Below, in pieces: positions 1 to 12,880 of a stretch of DNA of 64,000 nucleotides. Each line of letters begins with the position of its first letter. Within the stretch, counting starts at the first letter, position 1. The notes under the pieces were generated by a model, which saw nothing but the letters and a program-made list of their open reading frames with translations, had not been told where the DNA came from and did not search any database. The DNA is taken from NCBI RefSeq assembly GCF_006345805.1, contig NC_043002.1, positions 87,296,001 through 87,360,000 of the forward strand, given 5' to 3'. A program made the translations under genes and the position numbers. The DNA comes from Octopus sinensis. Its lineage: Eukaryota.

Positions 1-247
1 TACAATTCGTTTTGCAAAATGCCATAACAAGAAGCGCTGGTGAAAAACACTGTAAATATACTCAATTACAAATTTTCTGGCAACTAGAAGAAAAAAAATA
101 TTGCTTTCCTTTTCTTGAGAGGAGGGAATGAAATTAGAAGAAAAAAATGAGAAATGCGAAGGAAATACAGTAGTTTACAGTTCATTATGCGTAACACGGT
201 TAATCAATATTGGCTGTTTGGAAGAAATCTCTTGGCACGCTTCATGG

Positions 248-2784
248 TCATTGTTGTTTGTCAACCGAAGAATATCGTGACTGGAGATATTATAACATCA
301 ATATGAAAGAAACACAAAAAAACAATTTATAGATAATCACAAAGAAAAGATTTCATTGTAGAGAAAGGTAGATTCAATCTCTGCCTATCCATTTTTCTCT
401 TTTTCTAATAGTTCTCCTTGTTCCTTACCGTACCGTTTTTCAGCCCTGCCTTTCTAATATACATAAAAAAAGGGGATTATTTTTCTTCTCCACATATATT
501 TCCGCTTCAAGAAGCAAAATTTTTGAGGTTTCACTTAGTGAATGAATTCATATAATTTTATTGTTAATGACATTTTGTATTTTTTTCTTCTAATGTAAAG
601 CTTCTCTTCACTTGGCAGTTTGTAAAATAAAAACAAACAAAAAAAAAACGATTCACTGAAAACATATTTGAGATGGAAACAAATTAAACGGATGTGCAGC
701 CATGAAAACACTTCTATTAACTCCACAGTGATATGAATTCCAATAAATAGAAGGTGTGAGTTTTAAGTTTAATTGATAGAATAATCTGTAATTGAAGATT
801 GAAAGTTTGGCAATATTTTTCACAATAATTCCACAAACTATCTCCACCAAATTGACATATCATTTACGACCTAACGGAAAAGTAATAGTACAAGAATATG
901 GAAGCGTGAAAATAAGAAAACCATGCAATTGTAAAGCAAGAATAACAAACGATTTTAAGGTCACATATTGCGGTAGGTGTTGTTGAATAAACCAATTCCA
1001 GTACTTTTGCCTGATGATGAAAGACGAATTTGATTCAGGAGAAACTGTATAAAGTTAGGTCGTAAAGTAACATAACAAGTGAAAGAAGCTTCAAGATATT
1101 TTATAAATAATCGCTAATAGATTTTATAGCAGAGAAAGATGGATAAAATATTGAGAGACATTACCACAGTGTTTTACCCACACGCCACTATGTGACTTTT
1201 AAACTGCATACGGATTGGTAAAAACTGTATTCTAAAAATTCAGCTTGATGGAGCGTTCTAAGAGGACATACAGTTGTCAAGAACTCAACTGTCGATTAAA
1301 AAACTTTTTAAATCTGATTATTACTCTATGTATATGAGTGCTAATTTAACTTTATGAGCATTACAGTAGATTTTTTAATGTTAAAACACCTTAATAAAAA
1401 CGTGAAAGCCAGAGCATGTTTTGACTTTATTCAATTGATATATTATTTTATACACACATACATATATGCATACGCGAGTGCATGCGCGCACACATACTTA
1501 CATATGTAAACATACATACATACATACATTGCGTTCGTCATGTGTTGAAGAGATGCGGGGATATGAGATGGTGCAGCTGAATCGTCAGCCTACTGAATCC
1601 CGTTCACCGTGGTTGAGAGTATATTTGATGTGGCTTCAGGCAGCGAGTGTCAAATATGCAGACGAGAAGACTTATGAATTCAAGGACTCGATTCGGAGAA
1701 TCGTCGGCCCATGCAGAGGGGTGAATACTCTGGTGAGACCATCCAATGGCACCTTACTGAGAGGGAAAACTGCAATACTTCATAAGTGGATCGAACCTTT
1801 TCAAGAACTTCTAAATCGGTCCAACACCACGGACTCAACGGCATTTGAAGAGAAACCAGATTTCCCTATCCTACAGAACATGTCAACCCAATAACAATTG
1901 ATGAGGCTCAAAGGGTCATCCACGGTCTCAAAAACAAGAAGTTTCCCAGTAATGATGGAATCCTGAGTGAGATCAACATGTATGGTGGGCCTTACCTTAC
2001 TTGCCATCTTCACTCTTTATTTCTTCTATTTTGTTAGGGAAGGCTATACCTAGCGCGTGCAAACACTCCAATATCGCCCAATCTACACAGGAGACCGTGA
2101 AGAGTGCAGCAACAGCAGGAGTATCTTTCTTCTGAATAACGCCGGCATTATTCAATGTGGATTTTGGCATTATTCAATGTGGATTTTGACCAGAAAGAAG
2201 CACTTCTGACATAATATCTGTAGTCCGTCTTCCATTTGAAAAGAAGATACACACACATTCAAAGGAAACGTTATTGTATTTTTATTTGTCATTTAGTTAT
2301 GTCCCATTCTGGTGTAACTCACGATCATCAAAATATTGCCATGCCCCATCTTAAGAAACTCTACCGATTCTGATAATCCACTATTTTGCTAATACATCAA
2401 GGCAAATGGATTATGCTAAACTTGGTAAAAGGTTCAACGTATTATCTTTAAACAAAATTCTTTCAGGAAATATCTATTTTCACTTTTGAATGATTTACCT
2501 TTTTCTATTGTGCTTATATTTCGAGCCGCATCAACCATGTTAATATAGCTGTAGATTCCATGTAGTGTAATATAATATATAATAAGTTGATCAAATTCAA
2601 GTATTTGTTAGATAACCAAGGCCGTTAACCTTTTGGCATTATCATTATTGGAAGATTTTCAACTGAAATGAATTATTGATTGTGGAACAAGGCAAATAAA
2701 ATAGAGAAACACCCCATTATGTTAAATTGAATGGAGATATAGACACACTACCCTGTAATGGCGCTCTGGTATTTGAAAGGAAGA
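248..2784 (-). CDS. Candidate downstream exons of the same gene (2784-2752, 2548-2499, 2349-2323, 1288-1212, 1010-868, 785-657, 453-429, 280-248 stop)
   Basis: AG/GT-bounded open segments with matching intron phases from 2548 onward (1,1,0,2,2,0), ending in TGA at 250-248. The link to exon 1 is not cleanly phase-consistent. The product has a hydrophobic stretch but is not recognised. Confidence 0.3.
1530..2255 (+). mobile_element. RTE-clade LINE fragment (EN-RT linker and RT start), decayed
   Basis: ORF 1466-1894 (GTLLRGKTAILHKWIEPFQELLNR). Shifted frames give KNKKFPSNDGI, SRSIFLLNNAG and GF*PERSTSD, matching RTE RT motifs. Confidence 0.8.
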
Positions 2785-2927
2785 CTACAACAGTTGATAT
2801 AAGATAAAGGCCAATAACTGCCACACGTTTGGGTGTTATAGTTCATAATAATTGAAGTCAGATAAGGATAATGAGGAAAAGGTGTTTCAAGATAATAAAC
2901 CGACGTAAAATATTTACCACAATTGTT

Positions 2928-3142
2928 CCGACAATATTCTTTGCGGGAGGTGATGAAGCGTTAGTTGAGGAATCCTTGTCTTCTGATTCTGTGCTGTCCA
3001 TAACAACAATAGCAGGTGTTAGGCCCGGTGTAGGTCTCTTAGTAGACCCGCCTCGTGATGGAGTCCGTTTCATCGACTGGCTTCGTGAATGAGTGCCGCG
3101 GCTTTTCCGAACCATCGTACCTTTCCTTGTTAACATGGACAT
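2928..3142 (-). CDS. Candidate first coding exon of an unidentified host gene (MSMLTRKG...KNIVGTIV)
   Basis: GC-elevated open frame encoding a basic/Ser-Thr-Pro-rich N-terminus. There is an in-frame upstream TAA, an upstream acceptor (ttttgatag, ~3181) and a donor GTG|GTAAAT at 2928/2927. Confidence 0.5.
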
Positions 3143-4515
3143 CTTTTCAGGTTAGTGTCGTTCAATTTCACAAGAAATGCCTATCAAAAACAAATTAAAA
3201 TCATTTTTACTATAAATCTTAGCAGAGAGAGTGGTAAAATATAAATGCTAGAAAACCGGAGGAAATATTTTATAAGTCATAATAATTGTCCTCATAAGAT
3301 TGTCTCTATTGATTTTCTATAGAGTTCATAGCCAACTCTGTAAGTAACGACTATGTAAACAATGCGATCGAAGACAGAAAAATATGTGATGAATGCATAT
3401 GCATATTTCGAGAATCATTGTTGTTTCATCAGCACCTCATCCAACCTATCAACTATCCATGATTACATTGCTTAAATACCCACTATATTTAATATAATTA
3501 GTCGTGTGTTGTAGTAATATAACGAATTATAGGCGCATTACCAGTAATTAAATATTCATACGAGTTGTCACAAATGTGAATGTATTTAAATATGCATATT
3601 GGTTTACCTTATTGTGTTACACAACTGAACCTAGCAATGGGCGTGGATAGATGATCGGTTGGATAAGGTGATGATGAGAGAACAATAATTATCGAAATAT
3701 GCATATACAAACATTACTTATTTTTTCCTTCTTCGATCGCATTGTGTACATTGGCGTATTTGTTTACGAAACGTCGTTACAAGTGCTGGCTTTGAACTTT
3801 GAAGTCAACGGAGATAACCTTATAATGAAAGTGATGATAAAACATAGTATTAATTGACTTAATAAACCTCAAATATACTTTCTAGTGTGACGTAGTCACA
3901 TAACGAAATACTGCTCACTTGCCAGCAATAAAACGCTTGTCCCGTTGTATATAGAAAGTGTGGCCATTTTCTCTTCATCACTCAGGGTAGATGTAATAAG
4001 TACAAATGATACACACCTGACGATTTAGTCAGCTATAGTTTACGCTTATTACGCTTAGATAAACTATATCACTACTGGATGATTTGATATAGCTTACTCT
4101 TACTAGACCACCCAAAGTAAACGCTGGTATAATAATATCATTATAGCTTTATTTTATCCCACTGATTCAGACATCCCGGATTACCGCTTCACTCACGGAG
4201 CTGAGGTTTTTGGTCAATTCAAGAAATCATTATTATTATTGGAAAGAATGGAAGATGGTAGAATTGGAAGAGCGTTGGACAAAATGTCTTGTGGAATTCA
4301 GTTAATTCCTTTTACGCTCTGATTTTAGTTGCCACCCAGATCATCTCTACCTTTTCATTCTTTCGGAATCGTTGAAACAAAGTACAAGTCACAAGTATTG
4401 AGAACAATTTAGTCGACTGACGTACTCATTCAAATCTCAGGCCAAATACTTAGTGTTATTTCTCAGGCCAAAAGCTTAGCGGTATTTTGTTCTGTCCGAG
4501 GTGGCAAAATTTGAA

Positions 4516-4517
<2 letters not shown>

Positions 4518-4568
<51 letters not shown>
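4518..4568. repeat. (ATT)n microsatellite (others at 4752-4828 and 9438-9541)
   Basis: Directly visible. Confidence 0.95.
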
Positions 4569-4569
<1 letters not shown>

Positions 4570-4593
4570 GCTGTTGTTGTTAAAGCAGTTAGC

Positions 4594-4742
4594 TGCATTC
4601 TGAATTCAAATTCCGCCGAGGTCGACTTTGCCTTTCATCATTCCGGGGTCGATAAATTGAGTACCAGCGAAACACTGGAGCCAATGTAGTCGACTAGTCC
4701 CCTCTCTCCAAATTTCAGACCTCGTGCCTTTAGTAGAAAGGA
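4594..4742 (+). mobile_element. SINE family B partial copy
   Basis: ttcaaattccgccgaggtcgactttgcctttcatc core, shared with many copies in the window. Confidence 0.75.
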
Positions 4743-4749
4743 TAAAGGA

Positions 4750-4809
<60 letters not shown>

Positions 4810-4928
4810 TATTATTATTATTATTATTGTCGTCGTCGTTCTTGTTGTTTTTACCGGAAATGTGCTACGTTCCTGAAGATATAACTCTGTCTTGTTATGT
4901 CGAGTGTCGTAGTCGGTACATGAAGTTA

Positions 4929-5260
4929 TAAACAGTTAATAATGGTGCTATTCAATTATACTATATACATAACACCTGCCTCTACTCAATAAATTGTATT
5001 TGTTAAATTCTCTCTCACATACACAAACATAGATGTATATGTATACACAATATACAGATATCTAAGTGTTCTTTATATACATTAATATAAACACATACAT
5101 CTGTACTTATACATGCGCACAAGCATACATTACCTACATATATACTTACACTCACAAGTACACACACACACACTAACACACACACACTAACACACATACA
5201 TACATACATACATACATATATACATACATACATACATAGATACATAGATACATAGATACA

Positions 5261-5293
<33 letters not shown>

Positions 5294-6601
5294 TATATCA
5301 GGTGCAGGCGTGGATATGTGGTAAGAAACTTTCTTCCACAGAAAGAGGGAATGAAGGCACCCGAGGAGGCGGAAGACTCCTCAAACATTGGGTGCTCCAC
5401 GAAGGATCCTAGGGATGAGGATGGGGAGGCGAATCTCCCGGTCATGGAGGAGAGGCACCCTCCCTCAGTTGAAAAGAAAAAAAAGAGGAAGAGGAAGAGA
5501 AACGGGACATTGCCGGCAGTCGGTGACATAGTACCGGAACGTCCCGGAACTACGTCGGTTGGGGTTGTGCCACCGGCAGGAGAAGAGATACCGTTGGCGG
5601 GAACTGTGCCGCCAACGGAAGAATTGCATATCCCGCCCCCTTAGGATGACGAATTATTGATCTTCTTCTATAGAGGCGGAGAGGTTGAAAAGGAGGTGGA
5701 AAAGCATCATCAGGGAGCACCTTTAGCCTTCACACAGGATCCCGAATGGCCTCCGCAGATAGCTGTGGAGGTCATAACTACCAACTTTCGACACCAATAA
5801 TGACCTTCGAAAAAGAGTCCGATTCAACTTCCAACTGTTCTTTCAGTTCATTACATACATTCAGTCATGACTGCTTTTGATTTCCCGTGAACGAGCGAGG
5901 CACAAATATTGCCGCAACTCTTTTCATTCGCAGTTCCTTGCTCAAAATTCATTGGCAGCAGCTTCAAAACGCACCAATCATATCAGCAAGACCATTAATT
6001 GTTCAGTGACGGTCCTTCAACATCAGTTCATGAATTTTCATGTTGCTTTCATTCGTTCGGGAGGTCCACGGGCGCCCTGAACGAAATTGGTCTTCAAGCG
6101 ATAAGTTACCATTCTTATAGCGTGAAAAACCAGTTGTATACTTGTGTTTTGCTCATCGCAGCGTCCGACAGCTGTTTTGGCCGCCATTTCCCCCAATAGA
6201 AATCAGAATTTCATGGAAGCACGCCGTTCCTTCGTTGACGAACACGGAAGAAGCACTGTAAAACAAAGACGCACAACATGGTAGTAGGAGTACAGCCGAC
6301 GGCGGGCTTGTCCCCGAGAGAACGTTTAAACAGTTAATAATGGTGCTATTCAATTATACTATATACATAACACCTGCCTCTACTCAATAAACTGTATTTG
6401 TTCAATTCTCTCTCACACACACAAACATAGATGTATATGTATACACAATATACATATATCTAAGTGTTCTTTATATACATTAATATAAACACATACATCT
6501 GTACTTATACATACGCACAAGCATACATTACCTACATATATACTTACACTCACAGGTACACTCACACACACTAACACACACACATGCATATATACACACA
6601 T

Positions 6602-6661
<60 letters not shown>

Positions 6662-6663
6662 CA

Positions 6664-6739
<76 letters not shown>

Positions 6740-6810
6740 ACATATACATATATATATATACATACATATATATCAGGCGCAGGTGTAGCCGTGTGGTAAG
6801 AAACTTCCTT
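4929..6810 (+). repeat. ~400-480 bp direct duplication (4929-5336 vs 6327-6810)
   Basis: Both copies begin taaacagttaataatggtgctattc and run through (CA)/(TACA) tracts into a SINE head, with a few substitutions between them. Confidence 0.9.
5765..6326 (-). mobile_element. Mariner transposase 5' half, decayed
   Basis: Minus translation gives LEDQFRSGRPWTS...ELRMKRVAAIFVPR...KVIIGVESW (HTH, WVPxxL-like linker, first catalytic TGDE region), with stops. Confidence 0.8.
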
Positions 6811-6994
6811 CCTAACAACGTGGTTCCGGTTTCAGTCCCATTGCGTGGAACCTTGAACGAATGTCTTCTATTATAGCTTCGAGTCGGCCAAAGCCTTGTG
6901 AGTGGATTTGGTTAACGGAAACTGAAAGAAGCCTGTCGTATATACATACATGCATGCATACATACGTACATACATACATACATACATACATACA

Positions 6995-7030
<36 letters not shown>

Positions 7031-7200
7031 TATATGTGTGTGCATGTGTCTTTGTGTTTGTGTATTTGCATGCTGTGATTTAGCGGTTCGTCAAATGATA
7101 CAATAAAATAAGTATTAAGCTTAAAAAATAAGTCCTGGGCTCGATTTGCTCAACTAAAACACTTGAAGGTGTTGCCGCATCATAGCCGCAGTCAACTTAC
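6775..7200 (+). mobile_element. SINE family A (tRNA-like head, CORE-like ccttgggcaagtgtcttcta domain, internal microsatellite, tail)
   Basis: Head aggcgcagg..gtggctgtgtggtaag; B-box-like ggttcagtccc; same layout as other copies. Confidence 0.85.
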
Positions 7201-7388
7201 AGAAATATATATATATATATATATACATGAGGCTAGTTCTGGTAGAGGTTACAATTACCGTCTAGGGGATAAAAGTATCCCAAATACTACAGGTATATTA
7301 CCTTTATTTTAGCATAGGCATAACATTTTTGCCCATGTTTAAATAAATAAGTGTATATATATATATGTATATATATATATATTATATA

Positions 7389-7420
<32 letters not shown>

Positions 7421-7630
7421 CGTTAATCCAAACAAGAAAACACAAAAAAACACAACGCAAGTACGTGGAACAAATATATTATTATTGGACGCTCAGGAAA
7501 GAAGGAAAGCAGGAGGGTTTAACGTTTCGAGCGGAGCTCTTCGTCGGAAACATAGGAGAAGGAAAGATCCAGAGAAGGGAAGACAGAGGAAAAAAATCGC
7601 CAACAGTACACACGAGGTCACATTTTGAAT
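7421..7630 (-). mobile_element. Short non-autonomous repeat carrying a minimal hammerhead motif (second copy at 29441-29649)
   Basis: Near-identical ~200 bp copies. HHR motif on the minus strand at 7517-7551, core CCGACGA here. Confidence 0.75.
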
Positions 7631-7739
7631 ATATATATATATGCATATTACTTGCTTTCGTATACGATGGTGTACCCAAAAGAAACCGGAAGTCTGTAAT
7701 GTTATTTTATTCACTTAGTTTTACGAGTTTACACCTTTA

Positions 7740-8859
7740 TCACTTTCAAATTCTTCCTTTGAAGCATTGTGTTGGTTCAGACGCATTTTCCACTGTTCGA
7801 AGCAGTGTTAGAACTCTTGAGAAGTGATGCTTTTGTACGCCTCCGTCATTTTTTTCTTCATGTCTTACACATATTTGTTTGTCCAGGTGAGAAGCCCTCG
7901 TAGTCCTGGACACACATATAGCCATACCTTCTTCCGGCATGCAATGAGCGACCACCAGCATTATTCATAACAAGCAATACCTTGAATTCATACAAACATT
8001 TTGGAGGTATTCCTTGGCTTTTGGTAATCTAGGCCTTGAGGTTGTCCATCCAGTGGACAGACAGCAGGTTTTTATTCTTATTTTTGAAATCTCTCGCGTT
8101 CGCAAACTTTTAGATAAGTCCTGGTTTCATCATAGAGCCAGAAACATTGCCACACGTAATTAGCATCACTCAGTCCTTCTGTGCTTTAAATCCTGGGGTT
8201 CTGGTTTCGTTCTTCATGATGTACGTTCTGGAAGGCATCTTCTTCCCGAACAAGCCAGTCTTGTCCATGTCGCAAATTTCTTCCAGCTTGTATCCCTTGT
8301 CCTCGATGATCTGCCTGAAAGTCTCGAGGTACTTCTCGGTGGCTTCTTTATCGGCTGATTCTGTCTCTCCATGCAGGGAAACACACTTTGTTTTAAACCG
8401 TTTCTGGAAATAATCAAACCATCTTTTGCTGGTTTGAAAATCTTCTTGGTTGCGGTTTTTCTGTACCTCCTGCTCCGTCTCCTCAGTCGAACTGTTATAA
8501 ATTCCGTGCTTTCTCGCGGATGATGTTACCGCTCAAGGGATGTTTTTCTTCTTGCAATCACTAATCCACAATGCCAAGGCAGATTCCATCCTGACCAAGT
8601 GCCTACTTCTCATTATCGTTATCTTTTTGACACTTTCACAGAAACTTACTGCTCCAGTAGCGCTGATCATCACCTCGTTCTTCTTTATGTAGCGTATGGT
8701 GCTTTCGTTGACATCATAATAGCTACATACTGTAGCATAACTTTTACCTTCGTGGAACATATCCAGCAATTTTGCCTTCGCATGGAATATTATAACCGTT
8801 TTCTGACGCTAAGATTCACTGCCGGAAGCCTTGGAAAGTGAAGGGCATTTGGGTGGCAT
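7740..8859 (-). mobile_element. Tigger/pogo-family transposase, decayed (probable terminal TIR at ~9690-9721 + TA)
   Basis: MPPK...LLDMFHEGKSYATV..VNESTIRYIKK (psq HTH); MESALALWISD (CENP-B HTH); KRWFDYFQKRF; ICDMDKTGLFGKKMPSRTYI (DDE_1). cagtgtactcccacttattcgcgg on the minus strand at 9721. Confidence 0.85.
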
Positions 8860-9080
8860 CTTAGGGCTTTAATAACAAGCTACGAAAAACGCAGTACTCA
8901 ACAAAATACTGGAGTTAGCTACTAGAGGCAGGTTTTCCAAAAGAAAACCTAAAAAAAGAATCTTCATCGCGTCTAATATGCGCATACTACAAATGGAAAA
9001 CTGAGGCGTTATTAAAAACAATCATGGTTTTGAAAAATTTAGTTTGTATTACCAGTAGATACAGTAATGTATACTATGAT

Positions 9081-9086
<6 letters not shown>

Positions 9087-9138
<52 letters not shown>
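9087..9138. repeat. (GA)n microsatellite
   Basis: Directly visible. Confidence 0.95.
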
Positions 9139-9142
<4 letters not shown>

Positions 9143-9436
9143 TGGGGGGACCAGAAAGTAAACTAATTTCAATGAGGTTATATTGGCTCACGACTTTAAA
9201 AATTATCCTGTTGAAATAAACAGTGTATGGTCAAATGTAGCGATGATTTTTTAAAAAAACGCATGTATGTGTGAAATAAAGATAGATGTCACTAAATTAA
9301 TTAGGAAGCTTTGATTGAAAGCATGAATAAGAGATACAAGAATCACTGTACTTGTATCTAAAAAGATCAAGCGATGTGATGCGCGGCTGTTCTAATCAGC
9401 TGCGAAGGGGCGTCCAGTAAACCGACGAATACAGTA

Positions 9437-9471
<35 letters not shown>

Positions 9472-9475
9472 TATT

Positions 9476-9545
<70 letters not shown>

Positions 9546-9724
9546 ATTTAGTCTTAAAAAGTTTGAAAAAGTATACATTGCCATGAAGAAAGCTATAAAA
9601 AATCGCGGAGGATATTTACGATTCCGCGAGTATGTGGTGGCTTCCGTCAGCAGAGCAATTATTAGTTTCGCGAATACCCGGGACCTTGAATGCCGAACCG
9701 CGAATAAGTGGGAGTACACTGTAT

Positions 9725-9766
<42 letters not shown>

Positions 9767-9884
9767 TTTAGAGGGAAAAACTATAGGGCAGATATAAATA
9801 TATATACACGTAAATGTCGAACAACGAGAATGAGTCTCAACATCGCATTGGTGGATAAAATTTCTTTATGTATATATTAAGGCG

Positions 9885-10083
9885 TATTTTGTGTTTGTCC
9901 TCACACTGCTTTACAATCAGTCGTTGTTTGCTTACGTCCACTGTAACTTCTGGGTTCGAGAATAGAAACCGATAGAATAAGTACTAAACTTAACAAAAAT
10001 AAGTACTGGTGGCGATTTGTTCGACGAAAACTGAGGTGGTGTGCCAGTATGGTCGGAGTCCCATGACTTAAACAAGCAAAAAG
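9885..10083 (+). mobile_element. SINE family A tail fragment
   Basis: ccgatagaataagtact...gatttgttcgac...catgact(t)aaacaag matches family A 3' tail. Confidence 0.7.
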
Positions 10084-11798
10084 TACAAGAAAAAGTTCTG
10101 TAGTTCTTTTCTCTAATGATAAGTATTTCTTATGGATTTATTAGAATAGTTTAATGTTTCATAAATATGAATAGTCATCACATTGAACTTTCAGCAATTA
10201 AAATTGATTTCTTCTCTGAAAACAAACAAGTAAACAAACTATTCGATCGTAATCTGATTTAAACATTGATATGTAAAGTGATATAAGATTCATTGAAGAT
10301 TATTATATATTATTTATGATTGGTAAAGAATATAGACAAAATGAAGTTTCTAGTAAAAGGTCATTTATTGACGGAATTTTAGTTTCCATGATAAAGTGTG
10401 CTTTCCTGTTTATTTTTGTTCAGACTAAGTTTTGGGCGACATATTTGAAAGTCAAATGACTGACTTTACAAATATTGATATTACAATAAAAATGGAAGAC
10501 TAATTATTAGACTTGAATTCAAGGATTAACTTTTTATTCTAAATTAAAGACTATTGATAAAGAACATACATAATATTTTCAATATTTTCATGTTTCCGTA
10601 ACTTACCTATCTCACAATACCGTTTCTTTCATTCTGTTTACAGGTATAAAGTTCTTAGTTTTCTCTTTTGAATTTTAATTATTTTCTCTCTTTTTATTTC
10701 CACTTTTTATCGTCGATGCCATCCTCCTTATCGTCATAATTTTCATTTATGACTTTTCATTTCTTTCTTATCACTGCTATTACATTCTTTGCTCTTTTAG
10801 TTTCTTTTTTTCCAGTTTGCATTGTATGAACTTGTAAGAATAATTAAAACATAGTTTATCATAAATGAATATTAAATTCTATTTTGCAATAACGGCATCT
10901 AAATTGCCCAATACCACAATAATATATAATTTCTTTCTTTTCAAGAGCCATTCACCGACTCTTGGTTATAGTTCTGTAAACACCATGATTAAAACCCTTT
11001 AGCTTACATTAATCAGAGAAAAATCACTTGCAAAACATGTTTCTCGTAAACATATGAATTTGAAACAACAGCCATAGTTTTAGATCGAATATACTTTATG
11101 TCGCGTTGTTGCTGAGCAATAAAAATGGATCGTGTTTTACTATAAATGTGCATTAATCAACAAGTTGGGGTATCACAAAACATCTTAATACTTGTTTGTA
11201 TATATGAAGCAAATTAGCCTTGTAAATCTTACTTCTATTAAAGATAAATTTATGTGAGAATTTTAGGTTAGTACTAATGCGAATGAACTATACGTTAATT
11301 ATATAGTATTTACAATTTATAACGATGTATTGAATGTAATGATAAATAAAATAACCTACACTTGATTGGTGCATTTTTTTATATACCTACTTAGGAAGAA
11401 CACTGAAGTTTATACTTAACAGAAGAGGCTTAATAAGACGAAAACATATGCAGAGTTGTTTTCCGAAATTGCTGAAAAAATTAAAATAATGTTAGACGAT
11501 GCCTAACATTAAATTTTTTCCCTCACGATGAGGATTGTTTTTTCACCACCGCAACATTATAATTCGTGTTATGAGCCTGCATTAAATATGTTAGCGTAAT
11601 CTTAACTCATTAAAAGCTCGTTGGTTCGTTCCTCACAAAACGTAGTGGGGCTCTCAGGATATGAAAGATGAATTTAAGAGTTCATCGTCCATATCTTCCT
11701 ACATATTTACACTTTATCTGCTCAATAGTTCTTTCCATATTTGACCGTGATCCTCAGTCTCGCTCGTAATCGATCTCTAGATTTATGATTCACCTAAC

Positions 11799-11837
<39 letters not shown>

Positions 11838-12309
11838 TCACACACACATACATACAGATGCTAAGTGGTAAAGTATAGGTCCTACAGAAGCTGATTGACA
11901 TTAGTTGGCATAAAATGTTCACTCTTTTTAGCCAGTTCAAGTTAAGAGATGGAATTATTTGTTGGTTGACTGCTAGTGACTAATCGGTGGTTGCAGAATG
12001 GGGATACCTCTAGTGCAATAGTTAGGGCAGCCTCTCATGTTTTCGTTAGAAAATATAATCAATTAAAAATTTTAGTGGCAATTATCCAACAATACTAAAA
12101 ATTAAAGGCGAGTGTCCATGTGGTCAGAGTTTATTCGCATGATCATAAATTCGATTATCAGACTGGCGGTGCGTTCTGTTTTTGAGCTAAATCTTCAGTT
12201 TGCGCTGTTCCGGCCCACTCAGCTGCAGAGGACTGGCGTTCTGTTCAGAGGAAATGTTGACCTGCCCAGCGAGCCAACTGAGTCGTATTATTCGAAAGTT
12301 TAAGCAATG

Positions 12310-12500
12310 AGAGGAAGCGCATTGTCACTAGCGAAGAAGTCTTTTACGTTTCGAGCATACGCTCTTGGACAGAAAGGAACACAGAAATAAACAGGGAGAG
12401 AAAATAGAAAAACGGTTTAGTGGCTAGCGGTCTATCCTGGCGAATGCCGGACAGACGGTTCACACAGGAGAGCTGATGAGCGCAGGGTTACATAACCGGA
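12310..12500 (-). mobile_element. Repeat family with U6-variant hammerhead motif (other copies ~16790-16945 +, 46253-46520 -, 58370-58560 -)
   Basis: Shared cgtttcgagc..acgctctt..acagaaaggaacacag block in four places. Confidence 0.75.
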
Positions 12501-12596
12501 CTGTTACCTAACATTCCATTGAACCCCTAGTGCGAAACCGAATGGTAAGATTGGCTGTAATAGATTTATAATATTATACATGCAATACACACATAT

Positions 12597-12880
12597 AGTG
12601 GAGGCACATGGCCTAGTGGTTAGAGCAGCGGACTCACGGTCGAGGGATCGCGGGTTCGAATCTCAGACCGGGCGATGTGTGTGTTTATGAGCGAAACACC
12701 TAAGCTCCACGCGGCTCCAGCAGAAGGTAATAGCAAACTTCAGCTGACTCTTTCGCCACAACTTTCTCTCACTCTTTCCTGCTGCGTCTTGCAGCTCACC
12801 TGCGACGGACCGGTGTCCCGTCCAGGAAACCGGGAAACCGGCCCTTATGAGCTATGCATGGCTTGAGAAGGAACAAAATA
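12597..12880 (+). mobile_element. tRNA-derived SINE family C
   Basis: A box tggcctagtgg and B box ggttcgaatct, followed by a non-tRNA body. Confidence 0.8.

Noticed and set aside
2871-3092. Plus-strand ORF MRKRCFK...
   Set aside because: It is the antisense shadow of the minus-strand candidate exon.
10607-10830. Lys/Glu-rich minus-strand segment ending in a perfect AG|GTAAGT donor
   Set aside because: All three frames contain stops; at best a UTR or decayed exon.
12597-12675. tRNA gene-like sequences here and at 40797 and 43578
   Set aside because: A/B boxes are present, but they continue into SINE bodies and I could not close an acceptor stem.
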